A DNA stretch of 64,000 nt, from the NCBI GenBank assembly GCA_966096795.1, contig CBHTVR010000011.1:324-64323 (forward strand), in the 5' to 3' direction. Positions 17,096 through 28,113 of the stretch are shown here, in pieces. The stretch is from an uncultured Gammaproteobacteria bacterium. Lineage in GTDB: Bacteria; Pseudomonadota; Gammaproteobacteria; Xanthomonadales; Xanthomonadaceae. The stretch's first letter is position 1, and every line of letters starts with the position of its first letter. Position numbers and translations under genes: made by a program. The notes under the pieces are model-generated. The model had not been told where the DNA came from, searched no databases, and saw nothing but the letters and a program-made list of their open reading frames with translations.

Positions 17096-19273
17096 ATGCC
17101 ACAAGTTCCTGGGCTGCCCATCGAACGCTTGCGGGCCGCCCTCGCTGATTCCTACGTGATCGACCGGGAACTGGGTCGAGGCGGAATGTCCGCCGTCTTT
17201 CTCGCGCAAGACCTGAAGCACGACCGCTCGGTCGCCATCAAGGTGCTGCATCCCGAGCTCGCTGCCAATCTCGGCCCTGATCGATTCCTCCAGGAAATCC
17301 GGGTCGCGGCGCGCCTGAACCATCCGCACATCCTGCCGCTGTTCGACTCTGGCAATGCCGACGGCATGCTGTTCTACGCCATGCCCTACGTCGAAGGCGA
17401 ATCCTTGCGCGAACGCCTCGACCGCGAACAACAGCTCGGTGTCGAAGAAGCCGTGCGCCACGGCCATGCCATCGCCTCGGCACTCGACTACGCCTCGCGC
17501 CAGGGCGTGATCCACCGCGATGTGAAGCCCGAAAACGTGATGCTTTACGAAGGCGAGGCGATGGTGATGGATTTCGGCATCGCCAAGGCCGTCAGCTCCG
17601 CCGATTCCGAGACGCTTACGCAGACCGGCATGATGGTGGGCACGCCCGCCTACGTCAGCCCCGAGCAAGCCGCTGGCGAAGTGCAGTTGGACGGCCGCAG
17701 CGACCAATACAGCCTGGCCTGCATGGTCTACGAGATGCTGGCCGGCGAACGGCCGTTCTCGGGCGCCAATGCCCAGGCCGTGATGAGCAAGCGCTTCACG
17801 GAGACCGCGCGGCCACTGCGCACCATTCGTTCCGGCGTGCCCGAGTTCATCGAACATGCGGTGGCCAAGGCCATGGCCACCAGCCCCGCCGGCCGCTTCG
17901 CGACCACGGCGCAGTTCGGCAAGGCGCTGGTTTCCGGGTCCATGAGCACGCCGAGCAACACCATGGTGCTTCCCGCGCCGGTGGTGTCGGCCGCAAAATC
18001 CGTGGCGGTGCTGCCGTTCTCCAACATGAGTACTGACGCCGACAGCGAGTACTTCACCGACGGCATGGCCGAAGAGATCATCAATGCCCTGTCCAAGGTG
18101 CAATCCCTGCGCGTGGCCTCGCGCACTTCGTCCTTCGCCTTCAAGGGCAAGAACGAGGACATCGGCGAGATCGGCAAGAAGCTCAAGGTGTCCACGGTTC
18201 TTGAAGGCAGCGTGCGCAAGATGGGCAACCGCCTGCGCATCACCGCGCAATTGGTCAACGTGGCCGACGGTTACCACTTGTGGTCGGAGCGTTACGACCG
18301 CGAGATGGAGGATGTGTTCGCCATCCAGGACGACATCTCCCAAGCCATCGTGAAGGCGCTGCGGGTCATCCTGAGCGATGACGAGAAGAAACAGATCGAG
18401 AAGCAGCGCGCCGGCAACGTCGAAGCCTACGAGTTCTACCTGCGCGGGCGCCTGAACTTCCACCAGCTCAAGCGTTCCAGCCTGGAAAGCGCGCGACTGA
18501 TGTTCAACAAGGCCATCGAAGTGGACCCGGGCTATGCGCTTGCCCACGCCGGCGTGGCCGACTGCTATTCCCTGCTGTACACGTATTTCGATGCCCGCGA
18601 GTTCAACCTGCGCCAGGCCGAAGCGGCCAGTGCCCGGGCGCTGGAGCTGGAACCGGATTTGGCCGAGGCACACTTGTCACGCGGACTGGCGGTGTCGCTG
18701 AGCAAGCACTTCGACGAGGCCGAGCGCGAGTTCGAGCAGGCCATCGTCCTGGGACCGCAGTTGTTCGAAGCCTTCTACTGGTACGGGCAGGCCAAGCTGT
18801 CGCAGGGCAAATTCGCCGAAGCGGTGAAGATGTTCGAGCGCGCGGCATCTTTGCGGCCCGAGGACTACCAGGTGTCCAACTTCATCGGCCTGGCCCTGAA
18901 ATCGCTCGGACGCAACGACGAGGCCATCGCCAGCTACCGCAAGCAACTCAAGCTCGGCGAAGAACATCTGGAACGCCATCCGGACGATTCCCGCGCCTGC
19001 ATCATGGCGGCCAATGCGTACGCCAACCTGCAGGACGCCGATCGCTCGGCCCACTTCGCAGCGCGCGCCATCGCGATGGATCCGGAAGACCCGATGCTGC
19101 TGTACAACGTGGCCTGCCTGTACGGCGTGCTCGGCCGTGCCGATGACTGCCTGACCGCGCTGGAGCAAGCGGTGAACAAGGGTTGGGGCGACAAGGCCTG
19201 GCTGGAGCACGACAGCGACTTCGACACCGTCCGCAACCAACCGCGCTACCTCGCGCTTATTCGGGCGATGTAA
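17096..19273 (+). CDS. Ser/Thr protein kinase with central TolB-N-like domain and C-terminal TPR repeats (725 aa)
   Basis: Trimmed to the ATG at 17096 (GGGGGAG upstream). Hanks kinase motifs are present: GRGGMSAVF, VAIKVL, HRDVKPENVML, DFGIAK, GTPAYVSPEQ. The central stretch is KSVAVLPFSNMS...YFTDGMAEEIINALS. No TM segment is seen. Confidence 0.9.
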   Translation: MPQVPGLPIERLRAALADSYVIDRELGRGGMSAVFLAQDLKHDRSVAIKVLHPELAANLGPDRFLQEIRVAARLNHPHILPLFDSGNADGMLFYAMPYVEGESLRERLDREQQLGVEEAVRHGHAIASALDYASRQGVIHRDVKPENVMLYEGEAMVMDFGIAKAVSSADSETLTQTGMMVGTPAYVSPEQAAGEVQLDGRSDQYSLACMVYEMLAGERPFSGANAQAVMSKRFTETARPLRTIRSGVPEFIEHAVAKAMATSPAGRFATTAQFGKALVSGSMSTPSNTMVLPAPVVSAAKSVAVLPFSNMSTDADSEYFTDGMAEEIINALSKVQSLRVASRTSSFAFKGKNEDIGEIGKKLKVSTVLEGSVRKMGNRLRITAQLVNVADGYHLWSERYDREMEDVFAIQDDISQAIVKALRVILSDDEKKQIEKQRAGNVEAYEFYLRGRLNFHQLKRSSLESARLMFNKAIEVDPGYALAHAGVADCYSLLYTYFDAREFNLRQAEAASARALELEPDLAEAHLSRGLAVSLSKHFDEAEREFEQAIVLGPQLFEAFYWYGQAKLSQGKFAEAVKMFERAASLRPEDYQVSNFIGLALKSLGRNDEAIASYRKQLKLGEEHLERHPDDSRACIMAANAYANLQDADRSAHFAARAIAMDPEDPMLLYNVACLYGVLGRADDCLTALEQAVNKGWGDKAWLEHDSDFDTVRNQPRYLALIRAM

Positions 19274-19275
19274 CC

Positions 19276-21450
19276 ATGGCCGCGCCGGCGATGCCCATCG
19301 ACAAGCTGCGCAAGGCCCTTGCCAAGCACTACACGATTGACCGCGAACTGGGTCGCGGCGGCATGGCGGCGGTGTTCCTGGCCCAGGACAATCGCCACGA
19401 CCGTTCGGTCGCCATCAAGGTCTTGCATCCGGAATTGGCCGCAAGCCTCGGCCCGGATCGGTTCTTGCAGGAGATCAAGCTCGCCGCGCGCCTGAACCAC
19501 CCGCACATCCTGCCGCTGTTCGAGTCCGGCGATGCCAAGGGCATGCTGTATTACGTCATGCCCTATGTGGAGGGCGAATCGCTGCGCCAGCGCCTGGACC
19601 GCGAGCAGCAACTCAGCGTGGACGAAGCGGTGCGCCACGGCCAGGCCATCGCTTCCGCGCTCGACTACGCTTCAAGGCAGGGCGTGGTGCATCGCGATGT
19701 GAAGCCCGAGAACGTGATGCTGTACGAAGGCGAAGCGATGGTGATGGACTTCGGTATCGCCAAGGCCGTCAGCAGCGCCGGCTCGGCCACGCTGACCCAG
19801 ACCGGCATGATGGTCGGCACGCCTGCCTATGTCAGCCCCGAACAGGCTGCCGGCGAACTGCGCCTCGACGGCCGCAGCGACCAGTACAGCCTGGCCTGCA
19901 TGGTCTACGAGATGCTGGCGGGCGAGCGCCCCTTCGCCGGCGAAAATGCGCAGGCCGTGATGTCGCGCCGCTTCACCGAAACCGCAAGGCCCCTGCGCAC
20001 CGTGCGCGAAGCCGTGCCCGAGTATGTGGAGCGCGCCATTGCCAAGGCCATGGCGATCGATCCGAACGCGCGCTTCAACACCACCGCGCAATTCGGCCAG
20101 GCCCTGGGCACCGGCAGCCTGAGCACGCCCAGCGACACCATGGTGCTGCCGCAGCCTACGGTGTCGGCGGCGAAGTCGGTGGCGGTACTCCCCTTTGCCA
20201 ACATGAGCAATGACCCGGAGAACGAATACTTCACCGACGGCATGGCCGAGGAAATCATCAACGCCCTGTCCAAGATCCAGGCCCTGCGCGTGGCTTCGCG
20301 CACCTCGTCGTTTTCCTGCAAGGGCAAGAACGAGGACATCGCCGAGATCGGCCGCAAGTTGAAGGTGTCCACCGTGCTCGAGGGCAGCGTGCGCAAGATG
20401 GGCAATCGCCTGCGCATCACCGCCCAGTTGGTGAATGTGGCCGACGGCTACCACCTGTGGTCGGAACGCTACGACCGCGAGATGGAAGACGTCTTCGCCA
20501 TCCAGGACGATATCTCCCAGGCCATCGTGAAGGCGCTACGGGTGATCCTGAGCGAGGGCGAGAAGAAGCAGATCGAGAAGGTGCGCGCCGTCAATATCGA
20601 GGCGTATGACTTCTACCTGCGCGGCATGCAGCACACGCACCAGCTGCGCCGCAAGAGCATTGAGTACGCGCGGCAGATGTTCGACCAGGCTATCGAGATC
20701 GATCCGACCTACGCCCGGGCCTACGCCGGCATCGCCAATTGCCATTCGTCCATGTACGCCTTCTTCGACTCGCGCGACTACAACCTGCGCCAGGCCGACG
20801 AAGCCAGCGCCCGCGCACTTGAACTCGCGCCCGACCTGGCCGAATCGCACGTGGCCCGCGGTGTGGCCTTCTCGCTGAGCAAGCGATGGGACGAAGCCTC
20901 CCGCGAATTCGAAGAAGCGATGCGCCTGGACCCGAACTTGTTCGAAGCGCCCTACCAGTATGCGCAAACCCAGCTGTCACAGGGCAAGTACGAGGACGCC
21001 GTGAAGTTGGGCGAGCGCGCTGCCCTGCTCCGCCCTGAGGACTACCAGGTGCTGGCCTTCGTCGGACTCGCACTGAAATCCATGGGCCGCCATGACGAAG
21101 CGCTGATCTACTATCGTCGCCAGGCCAAGCTGATCGAAGAGCACCTCGAGCGCCATCCCGACGACGCCCGTGCCTGCATCATGGGCGCCAGCGCCAGCGC
21201 GAACGTCGGTGATTCCGAACGCTCCGCCTACTACGCCGCGCGCGCGATGGCGGTGGATCCCGAGGATCCGATGGTGCTGTACAACGTGGCCTGCGCGTTT
21301 GGCATCCTGGGCAAGAACAAGGAATGCCTCGACGCGCTCGAGCGCGCGGTCAACCGCGGCTGGGGCGACAAAGCCTGGCTGGAGCACGACAGCGACCTGG
21401 ATTCGGTCCGCAAGGAAGCACGCTACCTCAAGCTGATCCGGGCGATGTAG
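19276..21450 (+). CDS. Ser/Thr protein kinase paralogue, same architecture (724 aa)
   Basis: Its ATG lies 2 nt after the TAA of the upstream kinase. It is colinear with the upstream kinase over the full length. Confidence 0.9.
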   Translation: MAAPAMPIDKLRKALAKHYTIDRELGRGGMAAVFLAQDNRHDRSVAIKVLHPELAASLGPDRFLQEIKLAARLNHPHILPLFESGDAKGMLYYVMPYVEGESLRQRLDREQQLSVDEAVRHGQAIASALDYASRQGVVHRDVKPENVMLYEGEAMVMDFGIAKAVSSAGSATLTQTGMMVGTPAYVSPEQAAGELRLDGRSDQYSLACMVYEMLAGERPFAGENAQAVMSRRFTETARPLRTVREAVPEYVERAIAKAMAIDPNARFNTTAQFGQALGTGSLSTPSDTMVLPQPTVSAAKSVAVLPFANMSNDPENEYFTDGMAEEIINALSKIQALRVASRTSSFSCKGKNEDIAEIGRKLKVSTVLEGSVRKMGNRLRITAQLVNVADGYHLWSERYDREMEDVFAIQDDISQAIVKALRVILSEGEKKQIEKVRAVNIEAYDFYLRGMQHTHQLRRKSIEYARQMFDQAIEIDPTYARAYAGIANCHSSMYAFFDSRDYNLRQADEASARALELAPDLAESHVARGVAFSLSKRWDEASREFEEAMRLDPNLFEAPYQYAQTQLSQGKYEDAVKLGERAALLRPEDYQVLAFVGLALKSMGRHDEALIYYRRQAKLIEEHLERHPDDARACIMGASASANVGDSERSAYYAARAMAVDPEDPMVLYNVACAFGILGKNKECLDALERAVNRGWGDKAWLEHDSDLDSVRKEARYLKLIRAM

Positions 21451-21525
21451 CGGGCACAAGCCGCAGCCGCGCATCCTTTTGCCTCCTGCCCTGCTCTGTT
21501 GGGTAGACCCGTACGGAGCGCCCCC

Positions 21526-22299
21526 ATGAAACCCCTGCTGATCGCCGCCCTCGCCGTTCTGCTGGCGGCCGCCCCACGCCGCGTCAACGCGGCCATGTCC
21601 TGCGAAGCGTCCAGCGGCGAAACCACCGCAGCGCTGGTGGAGCTGTATACCTCCGAAGGCTGCAGCAGCTGTCCGCCGGCCGATCGCTGGTTCTCCGCGC
21701 TGGCGGCGAAGTCCGACCCGCGCAAGCTGAACCTGCTCTCCTTCCACGTGGACTATTGGGACAGCCTGGGCTGGTCGGACCGCTTCGCCCAGCACGCATT
21801 TTCGCAGCGCCAGTCCGCGCGCGTGGATGCCACCGGCAGCCGCGCCATCTACACGCCGCAGGTGATGTTGTCTGCGCGACCCGACCTGCGCTGGTACCGG
21901 CCAGACGACGTCGCGCAGGCCATTGCCGCCGAGCAGGCGCGCCCCAGTGCTGCGGACCTGCAACTTCGCGTCGAACCGGGCAGCAAGGGCCTGCGCATCA
22001 GCGTGAACGGCAAGATGCGCGCGGCTGCGGCAGGAAAGTTGTACCTCGCCCTGTATCAGGATCGCGCCAACACGCGTGTGGCCGCCGGCGAAAATTCCGG
22101 CTCGGTGCTGACGCATGCGCACGTGGTGCGCAGGTTGTGGGGCCCTTGGACAGTGGGCGCACACGAGGTGGTGACAACGCTTCCCGAAGGGGCCAAGGCA
22201 GGCTCCTTCGGACTCACCGCGTTTGTCCAGGACGCGTCGGGGGCGCGGACGCTGCAGGCGCTGGGGTTGGGGCTGGGTGGGTGTGGGTTTGGAATCTAG
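21526..22299 (+). CDS. DUF1223 family secreted thioredoxin-like protein (257 aa)
   Basis: Trimmed to the ATG at 21526. It has a signal peptide, then ELYTSEGCSSCPPAD and SFHVDYWDSLGWSDRFA, which are characteristic of DUF1223. Confidence 0.8.
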   Translation: MKPLLIAALAVLLAAAPRRVNAAMSCEASSGETTAALVELYTSEGCSSCPPADRWFSALAAKSDPRKLNLLSFHVDYWDSLGWSDRFAQHAFSQRQSARVDATGSRAIYTPQVMLSARPDLRWYRPDDVAQAIAAEQARPSAADLQLRVEPGSKGLRISVNGKMRAAAAGKLYLALYQDRANTRVAAGENSGSVLTHAHVVRRLWGPWTVGAHEVVTTLPEGAKAGSFGLTAFVQDASGARTLQALGLGLGGCGFGI

Positions 22300-22351
22300 A
22301 GCGTAGAAGCGGTTAACGACAGAGCGCGTCGCGGCTATCGGCTCGGCAATG

Positions 22352-22380
22352 AAAAAGGCCCGCTGTTGGCGGGCCTTTTC
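22352..22380. terminator. bidirectional intrinsic terminator
   Basis: aaaaaggcccgc-tgtt-ggcgggccttttc: a GC-rich stem flanked by an A run and a T run, between the DUF1223 gene and tRNA-Pro. Confidence 0.8.
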
Positions 22381-22402
22381 CTGAGCAACTTTCGCAACTT
22401 TT

Positions 22403-22479
22403 TGGTCGGGACGGCGGGATTCGAACCCACGACCCTTTGCCCCCCAGGCAAATGCGCTACCAGGCTGCGCTACGCCCCG
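22403..22479 (-). tRNA. tRNA-Pro (anticodon GGG)
   Basis: The reverse complement CGGGGCGTAGCGCAGCCTGGTAGCGCATTTGCCTGGGGGGCAAAGGGTCGTGGGTTCGAATCCCGCCGTCCCGACCA folds as a cloverleaf. The anticodon loop is CTGGGGG and the CCA is encoded. Confidence 0.93.
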
Positions 22480-22539
22480 ACTTGAAGTGGCGATTATACG
22501 GGATTTGGACGGCGGCGGCTCGGGCCGCCGGACCGGGGC

Positions 22540-22902
22540 TTACTGCGAGCGACGCAGCAGGATCAGCACTTCTTCCAGCTCCTGGCGGACCTGGCGGATG
22601 ATCTGCACGCTCATGCTGGCTTCCTGGCGGCCACCCTCGCCTTCCAGGCGCTGGCGCGCGCCGGAGATGGTGTAGCCCTCTTCATACAGCAGGCCGCGGA
22701 TCTGGCGGATCATCAGCACGTCGTGGCGCTGGTAATAGCGGCGATTGCCGCGGCGCTTCACCGGGCTGAGGCTTTCGAATTCCGTTTCCCAATAGCGCAG
22801 CACGTGCGGCTTGACGTCGCACAACTCGCTGACCTCACCGATGGTGAAGTAGCGCTTGGCCGGGATCGGCGGAAGCTCGCGATTACTGCCCGGATCCAGC
22901 AT
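22540..22902 (-). CDS. MerR-family transcriptional regulator (120 aa)
   Basis: The helix-turn-helix stretch [25 protein letters not shown] is visible. The gene overlaps the ihfA 3' end by 20 nt, a conserved position after ihfA. Confidence 0.85.
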   Translation of the reverse strand: MLDPGSNRELPPIPAKRYFTIGEVSELCDVKPHVLRYWETEFESLSPVKRRGNRRYYQRHDVLMIRQIRGLLYEEGYTISGARQRLEGEGGRQEASMSVQIIRQVRQELEEVLILLRRSQ

Positions 22903-23182
22903 AGGCCTCCACGCGCTCTTTCAGCTTCTGGCCCGGACGGAAGGTCACCACCGTGCGCGCGGAGATCGGAATCTCTTCGCCGGTCTTGGGGTTGCGCCCG
23001 GGGCGCTGGTTCTTTTCACGCAAGTCGAAGTTGCCGAAACCGGAAAGCTTGATGCCCTGGCCGCGCTCGAGCGATTCCCGCAAGGCATCGAAGAACGCAT
23101 CCACGAATTCCTTCGCTTCGCGTTTGTTGAGCCCCACTTCCTCGAACAGTCGCTCGGCCATTTCGGCCTTGGTCAGTGCCAT
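22883..23182 (-). CDS. ihfA: integration host factor subunit alpha
   Basis: [31 protein letters not shown]...[41 protein letters not shown]. Confidence 0.95.
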   Translation of the reverse strand: MALTKAEMAERLFEEVGLNKREAKEFVDAFFDALRESLERGQGIKLSGFGNFDLREKNQRPGRNPKTGEEIPISARTVVTFRPGQKLKERVEAYAGSGQ

Positions 23183-23215
23183 GTCGTTTCCCGTGCCGAG
23201 CCCGGCCCGCTTCCC

Positions 23216-25588
23216 TTATTTGCGCAAGAACGCGCCGCAATCCCGAGCCAGTCCGGACAAGGCGTCCTGGACCGCCTGGTCGGCGTCCGTGTCAGTTAGG
23301 GTGCGGGAAACATCCTGCAAGATCAAGCCCATAGCGAGACTTTTGGTCCCGATTTCTAGGCCCGGACCGCGGTACTGGTCGAAAAGTACTACATCGCGTA
23401 GTCGGCCTTGCAGGGTCGCGAAAAGCGAATTGCGCAATGCATCCCAAGGCGTGGCTTCCGGCAGCGCCACGGCAAGATCACGACGCAAGGAAGGGAAGCG
23501 CGAAATCTCGCCCGCCTTTGCCACCTCGCGCAGCGCAAGCGCTTCGACGTCGAGCTCGAAACCCACCACTTCGCCTTCCAGATCCAGCGCCTTTACAAGC
23601 CGCGGGTGCAGGTGGCCGATCCAGCCGATGCGCACATCATCAACCCACACGCTGGCGCTGCGGCCGGGGTGGCCAAACGCCGCATCGCCGCTGCGGAACT
23701 GCGCGCTGCGATTGGACAAGGCGACCAGCGCTTCCACTTCGGCCTTGAGGTCGAAGAAATCCACTTCGGTGGCTTTCGTGCTCCATTGTTCGGACTGCGC
23801 GCTGCCGCAAGCCAGCGCGGCAATGCGCTGCGTTTCGCGCGGCGCGTCCGCGCCCGCGTGGAAAACGCGGCCGAGTTCGAACAGGCGGACACGCGAATGC
23901 TGGCGCGCGCGGTTGCGGCCGAGCGCCGCGGCAAGCCCTGGCAACAGCGACGTGCGCATGACGCCGAGTTCGGAGCTGAGCGGATTGGCCAGCGGCACGG
24001 AACCGTCCAGCACGCCCCAGGTCGCGAGCCAATCGGCATCGACGAAGGCGTAGTTGATCGCTTCCACGAAGTCGTGCCCGGCGAGCAGGCGGCGCATGGT
24101 GCCCTCAGGCACGCGCGTTTCACTCGGCGCGGCCAGCGGGAACTCGCCCGCCGGCAGGCGCACGGGAATCGTCTCGTAGCCGTGGATGCGGGCGATCTCC
24201 TCGATCAGGTCTTCTTCGATGGCGATATCGAAGCGGCGCGTCGGCGGCGTAACCTGCCAGCCTTCGCCGTCGCTGGCGACCTGCATGCCCAGGGCGCGCA
24301 GGATGCGCTCGACTTCGCTGTCGGCCACGCGGATGCCCAACACGCGCGCGAGGCGCGCGCGGCGCAGGCCAACCGCAGTCGGCTGCGGCAGGAATTCGGG
24401 CAGTACCGCTTCGGTGATCGGACCGGCCTTGCCGCCCATGATCTCCAGCACCAGCGCAGTCGCGCGTTCAATGGCGAAGCGCGGCATCTGCGGGTCCACG
24501 CCGCGCTCATAGCGGTGCGAGGCATCGGTATGCATGCCCAGCTTGCGGGCACGGCCGATGATGGCGGCAGGCGCGAAATGCGCGCACTCCAGGAACACGC
24601 GCGTCGTTGCATCGGTGACGCGGGTATCGAAGCCGCCCATCACGCCGCCGAGCGCCACCGGGCGATCGGCATCGGTAATCACCAGGAAGCCTTCGTCCAG
24701 CGCGCAGTCGCGCTCGTCCAGAGTCTTGACCACTTCGCCCGCGCGGGCGCGACGCACGGCAATCGGGCCCTTCAGCGTATCGGCATCAAAGGCATGCAGG
24801 GGCTGGCCCAACTCGAGCATCACGAAATTGGTCACGTCCACCAGCGGGCTGATCGGGCGCAGGCCGGCACGCTTGAGCTTCTCGGTCAGCCACAGCGGCG
24901 AACGTGCGCTCGCGTCCAAGCCCTCGATGACGCGGCCGCAGTAGCGCGGGCAATCGGCGCCAGCCTGCAACTGCACGTCGAACGTCGAAGCCGAAGCGAC
25001 AGCGGCCTCGGCAATCTGCATGGGCGTGACCTGCGCGCCCATCACCGCCGCCACGTCGAAGGCCACGCCACGAATGGAGAAGCAATCTGCGCGATTGGGC
25101 GTGAGCTTGAGCTCGAACGCAGTGTCGGGCAGACCAAGATACGCGGCCAACGCGCGGCCCACGGGCGCATCGGCCGGCAATTCCAGCAAGCCGGAGGCAT
25201 CGGGATCGATCGCCAGTTCCTTGGCGGAGCACAGCATGCCTGCCGACTCGACACCGCGCAGCTTGGCGGCCTTGATGCTGATGCCGCCAGGAATCACGGA
25301 ACCAACGGTTGCCAGCGGCGCCTTCAAACCCGGGCGTGCATTCGGAGCACCGCAGACAATCTGCACCGCTGCCGCGCCACCGAAGGCGACTTGGCAAACC
25401 TGCAGGCGATCAGCTTCAGGATGACGTTTGCAGCTGAGGATCTCGGCGACGACCACGCCCGCCAGCGCGGCGCCGATCGGCTCGGCCGATTCAACTTCAA
25501 GGCCAATGGCGGTCAGTCGCTCGGCGAGCTGCTCGCTCGAGGCGGAAACGGCGACGTGTTCGCGCAGCCAGCTTTCGGGGAATTTCAT
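23216..25588 (-). CDS. pheT: phenylalanine--tRNA ligase beta subunit
   Basis: 790 aa, beginning MKFPESWLREHV... It sits directly after pheS. Confidence 0.95.
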   Translation of the reverse strand: MKFPESWLREHVAVSASSEQLAERLTAIGLEVESAEPIGAALAGVVVAEILSCKRHPEADRLQVCQVAFGGAAAVQIVCGAPNARPGLKAPLATVGSVIPGGISIKAAKLRGVESAGMLCSAKELAIDPDASGLLELPADAPVGRALAAYLGLPDTAFELKLTPNRADCFSIRGVAFDVAAVMGAQVTPMQIAEAAVASASTFDVQLQAGADCPRYCGRVIEGLDASARSPLWLTEKLKRAGLRPISPLVDVTNFVMLELGQPLHAFDADTLKGPIAVRRARAGEVVKTLDERDCALDEGFLVITDADRPVALGGVMGGFDTRVTDATTRVFLECAHFAPAAIIGRARKLGMHTDASHRYERGVDPQMPRFAIERATALVLEIMGGKAGPITEAVLPEFLPQPTAVGLRRARLARVLGIRVADSEVERILRALGMQVASDGEGWQVTPPTRRFDIAIEEDLIEEIARIHGYETIPVRLPAGEFPLAAPSETRVPEGTMRRLLAGHDFVEAINYAFVDADWLATWGVLDGSVPLANPLSSELGVMRTSLLPGLAAALGRNRARQHSRVRLFELGRVFHAGADAPRETQRIAALACGSAQSEQWSTKATEVDFFDLKAEVEALVALSNRSAQFRSGDAAFGHPGRSASVWVDDVRIGWIGHLHPRLVKALDLEGEVVGFELDVEALALREVAKAGEISRFPSLRRDLAVALPEATPWDALRNSLFATLQGRLRDVVLFDQYRGPGLEIGTKSLAMGLILQDVSRTLTDTDADQAVQDALSGLARDCGAFLRK

Positions 25589-25604
25589 GCGTGGGCGTCC
25601 CGGG

Positions 25605-26690
<1,086 letters not shown>

Positions 26691-26733
26691 TTACCGGCGC
26701 GATCTGCTCGCAGCCGGCAGGGGACGAAGAGGC

Positions 26734-27093
26734 TTACGCAGCGAGAGCCTGCTTGGCCTGCTCGGCGATCTTGCCAAACGCCGCGATGTCATGCACCGCG
26801 ATGTCGGCCAGGGCCTTGCGGTCCAGCTTGATGTTGGCCTTCAGCAGGCCATTCATGAAGCGGCTGTAGCTCAGGCCGTACATGCGGGCCGCGGCATTGA
26901 TGCGCACGATCCACAGCGAACGGAACTGGCGCTTGCGCTGCTTGCGGCCGATATAGGCGTACTGGGCAGCCTTGGTAACGGCCTGCTTGGCGACGCGATA
27001 AACCTTGCGACGGGCGCCGTAGTAGCCCTTCGCCATCTTGAGAAGCTTCTTGTGGCGCGCATGCGCCGTTACACCACGTTTAACACGAGCCAT
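26734..27093 (-). CDS. rplT: 50S ribosomal protein L20
   Basis: [39 protein letters not shown]... Confidence 0.95.
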   Translation of the reverse strand: MARVKRGVTAHARHKKLLKMAKGYYGARRKVYRVAKQAVTKAAQYAYIGRKQRKRQFRSLWIVRINAAARMYGLSYSRFMNGLLKANIKLDRKALADIAVHDIAAFGKIAEQAKQALAA

Positions 27094-27105
27094 TTTTCAC
27101 TCTCC

Positions 27106-27303
27106 TCAAAGGTAGGGAAGCATGCGATCCAGACGGCCGGCGTCTTCGTCACGGACATGGTTGCCCTGGCGGAGATTGCGCTTACGCGTGGTCGACTTCT
27201 TGGTGAGGATGTGGCTGCGGTTGGCGTGACCGCACTTGTACTTGCCGGAAGCGGTCTTCCGGAAGCGCTTGGCGGCAGCGCGATTGGTCTTGATCTTAGG
27301 CAT
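27106..27303 (-). CDS. rpmI: 50S ribosomal protein L35 (65 aa)
   Basis: Trimmed to the ATG at 27303: [36 protein letters not shown]... Confidence 0.95.
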   Translation of the reverse strand: MPKIKTNRAAAKRFRKTASGKYKCGHANRSHILTKKSTTRKRNLRQGNHVRDEDAGRLDRMLPYL

Positions 27304-27546
27304 TTGGAAAATCCCTGCGGTTTTTTGATTTACGGACCTGGGCGGTGGTCTTGAAACCACGCTTGCCGACTTGCCCTGGGCCTGCTTGTAAGTCATTGAT
27401 CCGGTTAAGGTTCAATGCTTGGTGCAGCGCGGTTTCGCCCAGTGGATCGGGCCCGGATGCCGTGCCGGGGCTCCTGGCCTGCGCCAAGAACCGGGAATTA
27501 TGCCGTAAAACCAGCGACTTGGGCAACCAGGCGGTCGCCCGGCGGC

Positions 27547-28074
27547 TTATTTGCGCTTGGGCGCGACCATCATGATCATCTGCCGGCCTTCCAGGCGCGG
27601 CCGCTGCTCGATCACCACTTCGTCGGCCAGGTCCTTCTCGATGCGGGCCGCCATCTGCATGCCCAGCTCCTGGTGGGCCATCTCGCGGCCCTTGAAGCGG
27701 ATGTTGACCTTGACCTTGTCGCCCTCTTCCAGGAAACGACGCAGGTTGCGCAGCTTGATGTTGTAGTCGCCGTCGTCGGTGGTCGGGCGGAACTTGAGTT
27801 CCTTGATCTCGACGATCTTCTGCTTCTTCTTGGCCGCATTGGCCTTCTTTTGCGCTTCGAACTTGAACTTGCCGTAGTCCATGATGCGGCAGACCGGCGG
27901 ATCCGCCGTCGGCTGGATCTCGACCAGGTCCATGCCCGACTCTTCGGCCAGGGCGATGGCTTCATCGCGCGACAACACGCCAACCATCTCTCCGTCGGCC
28001 CCGATCACGCGTACGCGGGGGACCCGGATCTCATTGTTCTTGCGGTTACCTTTTTCGGTGGCTGGCGTATTGAT
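27547..28074 (-). CDS. infC: translation initiation factor IF-3, non-AUG start (ATC at 28074 or ATT at 28083)
   Basis: The ORF-track entry starts at an internal GTG (28008). The open frame continues upstream as [35 protein letters not shown] with no ATG/GTG/TTG. GAGG lies at 28084..28087, 9 nt before the ATC. IF-3 is known to use AUU in many bacteria. Confidence 0.85.
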   Translation of the reverse strand: MNTPATEKGNRKNNEIRVPRVRVIGADGEMVGVLSRDEAIALAEESGMDLVEIQPTADPPVCRIMDYGKFKFEAQKKANAAKKKQKIVEIKELKFRPTTDDGDYNIKLRNLRRFLEEGDKVKVNIRFKGREMAHQELGMQMAARIEKDLADEVVIEQRPRLEGRQMIMMVAPKRK

Positions 28075-28113
28075 TCGAAAAATCCTCTGGGTGGGACAGC
28101 TTTACCGGGGACC

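Noticed and set aside
16853-18673. 606-aa ORF on the minus strand
   Set aside because: It is antisense to the well-supported Ser/Thr kinase gene. Its composition (Ala/Gly/Arg/His-rich, no motifs) is typical of spurious open frames in high-GC DNA.
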